DNA of 32,000 nt from Comamonadaceae bacterium (GTDB lineage: Bacteria > Pseudomonadota > Gammaproteobacteria > Burkholderiales > Burkholderiaceae_C). The translations under genes were made by a program, and so were the position numbers. Of this stretch, positions 15,562-23,169 are shown piece after piece. The DNA lies in NCBI GenBank assembly GCA_947456305.1, contig CANGPN010000010.1:1-32000 (forward strand), read 5' to 3'. The notes beneath the pieces are model-generated. The model saw only the letters and a program-made list of their open reading frames with translations, had not been told where the DNA came from and searched no databases. Positions within the stretch are counted from its first letter, which is position 1; every line of letters begins with the position of its first letter.

Positions 15562-16962
15562 ATGCGGGTCGTGGATTGGTTCAAGAGACTGTTCTTGAGA
15601 AGTACCGCACAAGCGGAAAACCTGTCCATAGAAATCGACTCCATTGTTGAGCAATTCGAACTGGTCAAGGAAGCCAAACGCCTGGCCAAAATGGGCTTGC
15701 CGGCTTTTCACGAAAAAAAACCGACCAGTCTTGAACTCAATGTGGTTGAGCACATCAACCAATTGCGCGAGCAGGCCCAGCGGGATTACCTGCGCCGTAC
15801 CGAGGACATCCAAGCCCGTGTGCTGAGCTATGAGCTCAAGCACCAGTCCTTGCAGTCGGACGTCTTGAATGCTGAGTTTGAGCGACAAGCTCGAAAAATC
15901 ATGGACGAGCAGGGCGCCTGGTTGAAAAAACTCGCCTACAGCGCCATGACCCGGTTCAAAGAACTGGAAGCCTTCAAAAAGAAAAACGGTCTGGAACGCG
16001 AAGCCAATTACCCAAGTACCTCAGGCCTGGTGCTGCGTTATTCGGTGCTGGTGTTTCTGGTGGTGGTGGAAGGCATATTGAACGCCAACTTTTTTGCCGA
16101 AGGCCTTAGCTCCGGATTGATAGGCGGTTTCGTTTATGCCGCCTTGTTAGCTGCTATCAATGTGTTGGGGTGTTTTTTCCTCGGCAAATACGCCTTACCT
16201 TGGATAGTCAGCAAACCTGCAGCAGGTAAGGTTTTCGGCTATGTATCTCTGGCTTTCACCGCCTGTTTCATGTTGATGGTAGCCATGTCTATCGGTCACA
16301 TACGCGAGCAGTTGATGGCAGCCTCGGCCAATCCGACGCGAGACGCCTGGGAATTGATGCAAATGCATTTTTGGGGTTTAAGCGATCTGGTGTCCTGGTT
16401 TCTGGTGGCCATGTCCATGGGTTTTGGCATTGCATCCGTGTTTGACGGCTTGACCATTGACGATATGTACCCCGGCTATGGGGCAGTGGTTCGCCGTTGC
16501 AACAGCACGCGCGATGAGTTTGAAGCCGAATTTGAAGACATACGCGAAGAGCTGGAAGAGTTAAAGCAGGAAAAACTCGATTTGATCAACCACGGTTTTA
16601 AAACCCTGCATGAATTGATCGCTTCTTTGCGAAAAATGGTGCTGGAAAAGGAAGCCTTGCAGCGCGAATTTACCGACAAGCTCACCCAGTCGGAAGTGGT
16701 GCTTTACGCTGTGTTGCGCAAATTCCGCATGGAAAACGAAATCGCCCGGGATGACGGTTTGCGCCCAGGCTATTTTGACCACTTGCCTGCACTCGACCCG
16801 GTCAGCGTGCCCCGCATCACCAGCGATACCGAGCAAGCACTGATTGCCAAACTCGAGCAAGACATACGCGTGTACGAAAACACCGTCAGCGATCAGCGTG
16901 AAAAGGTTTACAACCTTTACGAGCAATGTATATCGCGTTTAAACCACTTGAAATACCACTGA
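15562..16962 (+). CDS. membrane protein: N-terminal coiled-coil-like region, four TM helices, C-terminal coiled-coil-like region; unknown function
   Basis: GAGG sits 7 nt upstream of the ATG. The first ~165 aa and last ~160 aa are charged and heptad-like. Hydrophobic segments: YSVLVFLVVVEGILNANFF, GGFVYAALLAAINVLGCFFLG, VFGYVSLAFTACFMLMVAMSIG, LVSWFLVAMSMGFGIASVF. Confidence 0.7.
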   Translation: MRVVDWFKRLFLRSTAQAENLSIEIDSIVEQFELVKEAKRLAKMGLPAFHEKKPTSLELNVVEHINQLREQAQRDYLRRTEDIQARVLSYELKHQSLQSDVLNAEFERQARKIMDEQGAWLKKLAYSAMTRFKELEAFKKKNGLEREANYPSTSGLVLRYSVLVFLVVVEGILNANFFAEGLSSGLIGGFVYAALLAAINVLGCFFLGKYALPWIVSKPAAGKVFGYVSLAFTACFMLMVAMSIGHIREQLMAASANPTRDAWELMQMHFWGLSDLVSWFLVAMSMGFGIASVFDGLTIDDMYPGYGAVVRRCNSTRDEFEAEFEDIREELEELKQEKLDLINHGFKTLHELIASLRKMVLEKEALQREFTDKLTQSEVVLYAVLRKFRMENEIARDDGLRPGYFDHLPALDPVSVPRITSDTEQALIAKLEQDIRVYENTVSDQREKVYNLYEQCISRLNHLKYH

Positions 16963-16972
16963 CACGCTTGCC

Positions 16973-17776
16973 ATGGCCCGACAAACCCGAGCGCAAAAAC
17001 GCAAAACCCGCATCAACATTGTGATGAGCGTGTTTTTCCTCGCAGTGGTTATCGTCGGTTTGGGTTCAGCCTACTGGTGGACTTCTCAGCGCAAGCCCGG
17101 GCTTGACCCGGTCAGTCTGTGTCCTGCCGAAGGTCCACTCGGGCAACGGGTGTTGCTGATAGACCGTACCGATCCTTTTAATTTGGCGCAAAAAACCTCG
17201 CTGGATATTTTCATCAAACAACTGGTTGAGAACACGCCCCCGGGCTATTTGCTGTCGGTATATGTGCTGGGCGATGATTTCAAGGCCAACACCCAACCCT
17301 TGTTCGAGTTGTGCAATCCCGGCGACGGACAGGAAAAAAGCCAGTTGACTGCCAATCTCAAAGCCTTGAAGCAGCAATACATCAAGCATTTCATTGAACC
17401 AATGTTGTCGGTCTCACAAGGCATGATGGAAGTGCCCTCGGCTAAAGAGTCGCCTATCTTGGAAATGTTGCAACTGGTGAATTTGAACTCCATCAGAAAA
17501 AATAATGTCCAGGGCGATGTCGTGCTTTACGTGTTGTCGGACATGCTGCAAAACAGCAAAGCCTTGAACATGTACGGCAAGCCGGTCAGCTTTGAAAGTT
17601 ATGCCTCGGGGTATGCGGCGAGCAAGTTATTTGTAGATTTCAGCCGGGTCAAGATCGAGGTGCATTTGGTCAACAGCAGTCCGCGAACCTTGAACCCTGG
17701 CCTGTTGGATTTCTGGAAAGCGTATTTTGAAAAAGCCGGTGCCACCGACGTCAGCTTTCATGCCTTGGCGGGTTAA
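16973..17776 (+). CDS. single-pass membrane protein with a vWA-like/Rossmannoid alpha-beta domain; unknown function
   Basis: Basic N-terminus MARQTRAQKRKTR, then TM INIVMSVFFLAVVIVGLGSAYWW. An alternating beta/alpha pattern follows, from RVLLIDRTD to VVLYVLSDMLQNS. It starts 10 nt after the previous stop. Confidence 0.65.
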   Translation: MARQTRAQKRKTRINIVMSVFFLAVVIVGLGSAYWWTSQRKPGLDPVSLCPAEGPLGQRVLLIDRTDPFNLAQKTSLDIFIKQLVENTPPGYLLSVYVLGDDFKANTQPLFELCNPGDGQEKSQLTANLKALKQQYIKHFIEPMLSVSQGMMEVPSAKESPILEMLQLVNLNSIRKNNVQGDVVLYVLSDMLQNSKALNMYGKPVSFESYASGYAASKLFVDFSRVKIEVHLVNSSPRTLNPGLLDFWKAYFEKAGATDVSFHALAG

Positions 17777-17779
17777 GCC

Positions 17780-18301
17780 ATGAAAGATTTGTACAAAGTC
17801 CTGGGGTTGCTGCCTCAAGCCGAGCCCGAGGTGATAAAGGCTTCTTTCAAGGTGTTGGCTCAAAAATACCACCCTGACAAGCACCCGGACAAAAAACTGC
17901 TTTACACGCAAATCATGACTGAGCTCAACGAGGCGCATGCCGTGTTGTGCAATGCCAAACGCCGCAAAGATTACGATCTGGCTTGGAAAAAATTCACCGA
18001 TAAACACCCAGAGGCTGCACCCAAAGGGGATGCAGACAAAGAAACTTCACACAAGGCCGAAACCGCCAAACCGCCGCCACCGCCCAAGGCCCGTAAACAC
18101 GACACAGTGTTAAAGCACATCGCGGGTAACAAAATTGATGAATTCCAGTTAATGCAAATCTACAAAGATTTATTTGGCGAGGATTTGAAAATTCAATCCG
18201 GCTGGACCAACCATTACGCCGTCAAAGTAGACGGTAAAACCACTACCTACAACTTCAGCCAACTGAAGAACCTCATCATCGACAAGCTGTCAGAAAACTA
18301 G
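17780..18301 (+). CDS. J-domain (DnaJ-like) protein with a Lys/Pro-rich linker and an unknown C-terminal domain
   Basis: DLYKVLGL...ASFKVLAQKYHPDKHPD has the HPD tripeptide at 17870-17878. The linker contains PPPPPK. No TM segment is present. It starts 3 nt after the previous stop. Confidence 0.8.
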   Translation: MKDLYKVLGLLPQAEPEVIKASFKVLAQKYHPDKHPDKKLLYTQIMTELNEAHAVLCNAKRRKDYDLAWKKFTDKHPEAAPKGDADKETSHKAETAKPPPPPKARKHDTVLKHIAGNKIDEFQLMQIYKDLFGEDLKIQSGWTNHYAVKVDGKTTTYNFSQLKNLIIDKLSEN

Positions 18302-18309
18302 GGGGCCTC

Positions 18310-19089
18310 ATGGAATACCCGTTCGAGAAATACCGTTCCACGCAAAAAGACAAAACAGCTTTTCATCAGTTGCTGCCTCAGGTCAGCGCCGCCATGCCAG
18401 AGTTCTTTCGCGCACTGGCCGTGGCTTACCAAAGCATTGAACAAAAAAACATGTTCAATCAGCCGCAAGGTATACGCCAGAGCACCGGCTTGACCAGTTC
18501 GCTTAATCTGTTGCTGGTGGCCATGGTGAACGACAAGGTATTGGGTTTAGATGCGGGAACCAGTGGTTGTGTGGACGCCTTGCGGGTGCTGGTGTTGAAG
18601 TGGTATTCGTTCGGTAACGACTTAAAAGCTTGTTTGTACTTTGGCTACTATTTTTATACGCACAAAAGCGTGTCTGAGCATGAGGTGAGAAATCAACTTG
18701 AAGCAGTGCGTTTTCTGGTCGATGAAACCAGCAAAAAAAGCGAAGACCCCCGCATAAAGGCTTTGCTGGCACCGCCAAATTCATTCAGTTGGTACACCGG
18801 CGAAAACCTGATCGGCGACAAACTGCACAACCTGAGCGTGCAAAAAGGCGATTTTGCGCGCGTCGATTTGCCCAGGCCCGGTTACCAGATCACGTTCAAA
18901 GCCAGCCAGATGTATGACTTGCGTGTACCTGTGAGCCTGAGCGATGGCCAAGTTGAGCGCCCTTTGATCAGCGACGGCAAGGCAGTGGTCAGTTGCCCGT
19001 CATGCTCGCAGAAATGCCGTGTGAAGTTGTTCAAACACATGGAAATCAAATGCCCCAAATGCCAGCAGGCCTGGGTGCAGTCGGCTTGA
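18310..19089 (+). CDS. hypothetical protein with a C-terminal four-Cys zinc ribbon
   Basis: GGGGG lies upstream of the ATG. The C-terminal CPSC-x15-CPKC is encoded at 18994-19062. The rest of the protein has no domain I recognise. It starts 8 nt after the previous stop. Confidence 0.65.
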   Translation: MEYPFEKYRSTQKDKTAFHQLLPQVSAAMPEFFRALAVAYQSIEQKNMFNQPQGIRQSTGLTSSLNLLLVAMVNDKVLGLDAGTSGCVDALRVLVLKWYSFGNDLKACLYFGYYFYTHKSVSEHEVRNQLEAVRFLVDETSKKSEDPRIKALLAPPNSFSWYTGENLIGDKLHNLSVQKGDFARVDLPRPGYQITFKASQMYDLRVPVSLSDGQVERPLISDGKAVVSCPSCSQKCRVKLFKHMEIKCPKCQQAWVQSA

Positions 19090-19203
19090 ACAGCACCCGT
19101 TAGCATGCAATTTAATGCATAAATTTTGGACATTCAAAGCCCGTTGCTTGTTGATAAGACAAGACTTATTGAGAAACCCTTGATCGCATAGGTATTTACA
19201 CGG

Positions 19204-19231
19204 TTGCATTCCGGTGCATGGTTGAAATAAT
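19204..19231 (+). promoter_or_regulatory. candidate sigma70-type promoter for the CuMMO operon (TTGCAT-16 nt-AATAAT)
   Basis: The -35-like TTGCAT is at 19204-19209 and the -10-like AATAAT at 19226-19231, about 50 nt upstream of ATG 19283, which has an AAGGAG RBS. This is pattern matching only. Confidence 0.25.
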
Positions 19232-19282
19232 TGTTGTCGATTCTTTTCAATCAGTTTCCATTCCTAAACAAGGAGCCGCTGA

Positions 19283-20062
19283 ATGTCTACCTTAACCAGT
19301 CAACAAATCAACCTGACCCGTTCCGAGGAAAAAGTTTCTCGCTTTACCCTCAGCTATGTCTGGTTTGCCGTCGCCATGATTGTGCTGACAGGCGTTTATG
19401 TCTCTTACCGTCTGTACCAACAGATGTACGGCATGACTGCCGGCTTGGACTCGACAGAACCTATTTTCCAGGACATCTGGATGCGCCTTTTTTATATACA
19501 ACTGCCGGTTTTGTTCGGCATTGTTGCGCTGATTCAGGTCTACCTGTTTTTCACCCGCGACCGAAACATAGATGCCATTACACCTGAAGTTGAACTCAAA
19601 CGTTATTTCTATCTCACCATGTGGCTGGTGGTTTACACCTTCACTTTTTACTGGATCGGCAGCTTCTTTGGCGAAGGCGACGGCAACTGGCACCAAACAG
19701 TGCTGCGTGACACACCCATCACACCCAGCCATGTGGTCTTGTTTTACGCATGTATTCCCATGTACCTGATGTTCGGTATCGGCAGTTTTGTCTATGCCAT
19801 GACCCGTATTCCTGCATTTTGTAAAGGCATTTCATTGATGCACGTGTTCGCTGTAGTGGGCCCATTTTTGATTTTGCCCAATCTGGGCTACAACGAATGG
19901 GGCCATGCCTACTGGTTGACTGAAGAAATCTTTTCTCATCCCTTGCATTGGGGTTTTGTGGTGCTGGGCTGGAATGCCTTGTCACTCGCAGGCGTCTTGA
20001 TGCAAATCATTTCGCGCTTTCGTGAACTGATGCCCATCGTTTTCAAAAACGAAATAGCCTGA
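19283..20062 (+). CDS. copper membrane monooxygenase subunit C (PmoC/AmoC family)
   Basis: Blocks GEGDGNWHQTVLRDTPITPSH and PNLGYNEWGHAYWLTEEIFSHPLHWGF align by eye with PmoC. The D133/H137/H150 and N204/H208/H222 metal-ligand spacings are conserved. Confidence 0.9.
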   Translation: MSTLTSQQINLTRSEEKVSRFTLSYVWFAVAMIVLTGVYVSYRLYQQMYGMTAGLDSTEPIFQDIWMRLFYIQLPVLFGIVALIQVYLFFTRDRNIDAITPEVELKRYFYLTMWLVVYTFTFYWIGSFFGEGDGNWHQTVLRDTPITPSHVVLFYACIPMYLMFGIGSFVYAMTRIPAFCKGISLMHVFAVVGPFLILPNLGYNEWGHAYWLTEEIFSHPLHWGFVVLGWNALSLAGVLMQIISRFRELMPIVFKNEIA

Positions 20063-20088
20063 CCAGCCAGCCTACTTAGGAATTCACC

Positions 20089-20940
20089 ATGAACACTGAA
20101 ACTCTGCAACACCCTGGCGGTGCGGCGGCAGGACAAACGCACGCCCAAGATACTGTGATCAGCGTGTCAGGACTGTCCCCCAAAGCACTTCACTATTCCC
20201 GCGTCTTCGAACTTTTTGTGGTGGCCGCTATCATCATGTTGTTTGCCGGCGCTATCCACTTGCACGTCTTGCTGTTAGCCGGCGACTGGGACATGTTTCT
20301 TGACTGGAAAGACCGTCAGTACTGGCCCCTCTTATCACCGGTAGTCATGATCATGTTCCCGGCTGCCTTGCAGGGCATTTTCTGGACTTACTTTCGCTTA
20401 CCGATAGGCGCGACCGTAGGTGCTACTTGTTTGATGTTGGCCGTGTCTATTTCCAGACCCGCATCCTTCATGTGGTGGACAGACTACCCCCTCAATCTGG
20501 TACTGCCGGCGCAAATGATTGCGGGTGCCATCGTGCTGGATGTGTTTCTGCTGGTGTTTCGTAATGCGTTGTTCACCGCCATATTCGGCGGTTTTGCATT
20601 TGCGTTTTTGTTCTACCCGTCCAACTACACCATTTTTGCGCCGTTTTATGTGCCAGTCAGCCATCAAGGCATGATGGCCTCCATGGCCGACTTGATAGGT
20701 TATGTGTATCCGCGCTCTGCCACGCCGGAGTATATACGCATCATCGAACGCGGCACATTGCGCACCTTTGGCGACTCCGCCAGTTGGGTGTCGGCCCTTT
20801 TTGGCGGATTTATTTGCATCTTCATGCACTATGCCTGGTGGTACTTGGGCATTGCCATGTCATCCATGAAATTCTTGCCCAACAACGCCAAAGTCATGGC
20901 ATTGATGGGCACCAAAGCAGACGCAAAAGCAGGTGCTTGA
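20089..20940 (+). CDS. copper membrane monooxygenase subunit A (PmoA/AmoA family)
   Basis: WDMFLDWKDRQYWP, LFYPSNYTIFAP, TPEYIRIIERGTLRTFG and WWYLG are hallmark AmoA/PmoA blocks, though the protein is divergent overall. Confidence 0.9.
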   Translation: MNTETLQHPGGAAAGQTHAQDTVISVSGLSPKALHYSRVFELFVVAAIIMLFAGAIHLHVLLLAGDWDMFLDWKDRQYWPLLSPVVMIMFPAALQGIFWTYFRLPIGATVGATCLMLAVSISRPASFMWWTDYPLNLVLPAQMIAGAIVLDVFLLVFRNALFTAIFGGFAFAFLFYPSNYTIFAPFYVPVSHQGMMASMADLIGYVYPRSATPEYIRIIERGTLRTFGDSASWVSALFGGFICIFMHYAWWYLGIAMSSMKFLPNNAKVMALMGTKADAKAGA

Positions 20941-20965
20941 GCGCCTGCCTTCAAGGGGAAAAATC

Positions 20966-22225
20966 GTGCTGTTAATTCAAAAAACCATGAAGATGTGGGC
21001 GCTTTGCCTGGGGCTGGTGCTGGCGGCCGGTGCTGCCACTGAGACTGCCTGGGCGCATGGAGAGCGTTCTCAAGAACCTTATCTGCGTACCCGCACTGTT
21101 CAGTACTATGACGTGCATTACGACAAGCAAACAGTCAAAGTGAACGAGGAATTCACTTTGGTCGGTAAGTTCCGTTTGATGGAAGACTGGCCGGATGCAG
21201 TCAGCTTGCCTGAGACTGTTTTCTTGTCCGCCTATGCACCCGGTCCCATGATCACACGCGTGGAAAGCTACCTCAATGGCATGCCTGCGCGCCAGTCATT
21301 TTCCAAGCTTGAATTGGGCCGTGACTACGAATTCAAGTTAGTTATGAAGGGTCGCATACCGGGTAGACACCACATCCATCCATTACTGTCTGTCAAAGGT
21401 TCTGGCCCCCTGGTAGGGCCCGGGCAATGGATAGAAGTAACCGGCAGCAAAGCAGATTACCTGATGCCTGTGACGACTATGAATGGCGTGAAGATCGACA
21501 ACATCGAGTTCTATGGAATCTCACGTGCGCTGAAATGGTATGGCGTGTGGATTGCTTTGGCTGCCTTTTGGTTGCTGTTCTGGTTGGTTCGGCCGCTGCT
21601 GTTACCCCGTTGGATGGCTTTACAAAAAGGCCGCGAAGATGTGTTGATCTCCAACCGTGATATCACGGTGGGCGTGATCTTGGGCGTGGTAGTGGTTGCA
21701 ATCTCATTTGGCGGCTATTTCTACGCCAAGCAGGAGTACCCTTATGTTGTTCCCTTGCAAGCCGGTACCAACAAAATTGATCCTCTGCCCAAACCTGCTC
21801 ACTCGGTAGAAGTCTCGGTATTGAAAGCCAGCTATGACGTACCCGGACGCGCCATGCACGTCACTACGCGCATGACCAACCATGGTTCTGAGCCGGTGTC
21901 TGTGCTTGAGTTCGCCACAGCCAATCTGCGTTTTGTGAATCAGCAAGCCCCCGGCGCCGACAAAGCCGTCAGTGCCGACTATCCGCGTGATTTGGTTGCT
22001 CGCGGCGGACTGGGACTTTCAGATCAAAAACCTTTGATGCCGGGTGAAACCCGTGATGTCAAGTTCGAAGCCAGCGACGCACTTTGGGAAGTAGAGCGAC
22101 TGGTCAGTTTCTTGACTGACGTGGACTCCAAATTCGGTGGTTTGCTGTTCTTTGTTGACAAATCCGGCAACCGGTTGATGACTGAAATCAGCGGTCCTAT
22201 TCTTCCGACCTTCACGGCTTTGTGA
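20966..22225 (+). CDS. copper membrane monooxygenase subunit B (PmoB/AmoB family)
   Basis: The signal peptide ends AWA|HGERSQEPY, giving an N-terminal His like PmoB His33. A GRHHIHP H-x-H motif is at 21371-21379. Two TM helices lie mid-protein. The start is GTG 20966 (AAGGGGA RBS) or ATG 20987. Confidence 0.88.
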   Translation: MLLIQKTMKMWALCLGLVLAAGAATETAWAHGERSQEPYLRTRTVQYYDVHYDKQTVKVNEEFTLVGKFRLMEDWPDAVSLPETVFLSAYAPGPMITRVESYLNGMPARQSFSKLELGRDYEFKLVMKGRIPGRHHIHPLLSVKGSGPLVGPGQWIEVTGSKADYLMPVTTMNGVKIDNIEFYGISRALKWYGVWIALAAFWLLFWLVRPLLLPRWMALQKGREDVLISNRDITVGVILGVVVVAISFGGYFYAKQEYPYVVPLQAGTNKIDPLPKPAHSVEVSVLKASYDVPGRAMHVTTRMTNHGSEPVSVLEFATANLRFVNQQAPGADKAVSADYPRDLVARGGLGLSDQKPLMPGETRDVKFEASDALWEVERLVSFLTDVDSKFGGLLFFVDKSGNRLMTEISGPILPTFTAL

Positions 22226-22226
22226 A

Positions 22227-22802
22227 ATGCAAATAAATCAGGTTTTGGCGGGCTGTTGCCTGTGGCTGGCAAGCGCCGGTGCTATGGCCCACGGTGGTTT
22301 GTCCATGGAGCAAGACATGTGCAAACTCACTGTCGGTCCCTACATGATGCATTTTGCGGGTTACCAGGAAGATGCGCAGCGAACAGAGTTTTGCGAAGAC
22401 ATACCGCATAAAGGCCCGACCATCATCGTGCTTGATGTGGTGGACTTGGCGCTGCGGGATTTACCCATTGAATTCCGCATCGTTCGCAAAACCGATGGCT
22501 CACTGGATTCTGCTCCTGAAGTCTTTAAGCTTAACCCGACTGTATATCCCAAAGGCACACTGATGGTGCGACATGACTTCATGGAGGACGGCGACTATGT
22601 AGGCCTGGTGTATGCAGGGGCTAACCGTCAATACGCTTCGGTTTTTCCCTTCTCGGTAGGCAAACCAGTGACAGCCTATTGGAAATACACCTTGGGCCTG
22701 GTTCTCTTGCTGTTGTTGGCCGTGTTGGGTCTGCAAGTCGGTCGTCAAAGATTGCAAAGAGATGTGGCCATGCAGGACTTCAACGACCCAAAGGCACACT
22801 GA
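22227..22802 (+). CDS. secreted, C-terminally anchored protein in the AmoD/PmoD position of the operon
   Basis: The signal peptide ends AMA|HGG. A Met/Cys/His-rich segment HGGLSMEQDMCKLTVGPYMMHF follows, then a beta-rich domain and a C-terminal TM LGLVLLLLLAVLGLQVG. It starts 1 nt after the subunit B stop. Confidence 0.6.
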   Translation: MQINQVLAGCCLWLASAGAMAHGGLSMEQDMCKLTVGPYMMHFAGYQEDAQRTEFCEDIPHKGPTIIVLDVVDLALRDLPIEFRIVRKTDGSLDSAPEVFKLNPTVYPKGTLMVRHDFMEDGDYVGLVYAGANRQYASVFPFSVGKPVTAYWKYTLGLVLLLLLAVLGLQVGRQRLQRDVAMQDFNDPKAH

Positions 22803-22804
22803 AG

Positions 22805-23167
22805 ATGCGCGCCTTACAGCGCTGGTTTTTTTTGAGTATGGCGTGTCTGCCTTTGTGGGCTTCTGCGCATGCACATTTGCTGAACTCAGAACCGCCCGCC
22901 AATGCGCTCATCAGCCAATCTCCGAACCAATTGAGGTTGCGGTTTTCTGAGCCTATCGAGAAAAAGTTTGTGCGTATCAATGTCATGGCTGATTCACACA
23001 GTTTGACATTGACTTCAGAAAATATCCAATGGATTGCTGAAACCAAAACACTGTTGGTTAATTTGCCCGTGCATCAGGCCAGCAGCTATGAGGTTCAATG
23101 GTCTATCTTGGCAAAGGACGGACACGCGAGTCGAGGGCAGTTCGTCTTTAAAGTCAAATCGCCTTAG
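22805..23167 (+). CDS. copC: CopC-family periplasmic copper-binding protein
   Basis: The signal peptide ends ASA|HAHLLNSEPPANA, the typical CopC N-terminus with His1. The size fits a CopC beta-sandwich. The start is ATG 22805. Confidence 0.85.
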   Translation: MRALQRWFFLSMACLPLWASAHAHLLNSEPPANALISQSPNQLRLRFSEPIEKKFVRINVMADSHSLTLTSENIQWIAETKTLLVNLPVHQASSYEVQWSILAKDGHASRGQFVFKVKSP

Positions 23168-23169
23168 CT

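Noticed and set aside
15475-15888. A 137-aa minus-strand ORF overlapping the 5' end of the first gene of the four-gene operon.
   Set aside because: It is antisense to an ORF that has a good RBS and a coherent TM/coiled-coil architecture. It has no RBS or recognisable features of its own.
19090-19140. Repeated ATGCA motifs (GCATGCAATTTAATGCATAAATTTT) after the zinc-ribbon gene, considered as a possible terminator separating it from the CuMMO operon.
   Set aside because: The stem is only about 5 bp and AT-rich, too weak to call. Whether transcription reads through into 19283 is left as an experimental question.
19231-19587. A 118-aa ORF overlapping the start of the CuMMO subunit C gene in another frame, and the antisense ORFs 19292-19732(-) and 20398-20829(-).
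   Set aside because: The subunit C and A frames carry the conserved Pmo/Amo blocks. The alternative frames have no features.
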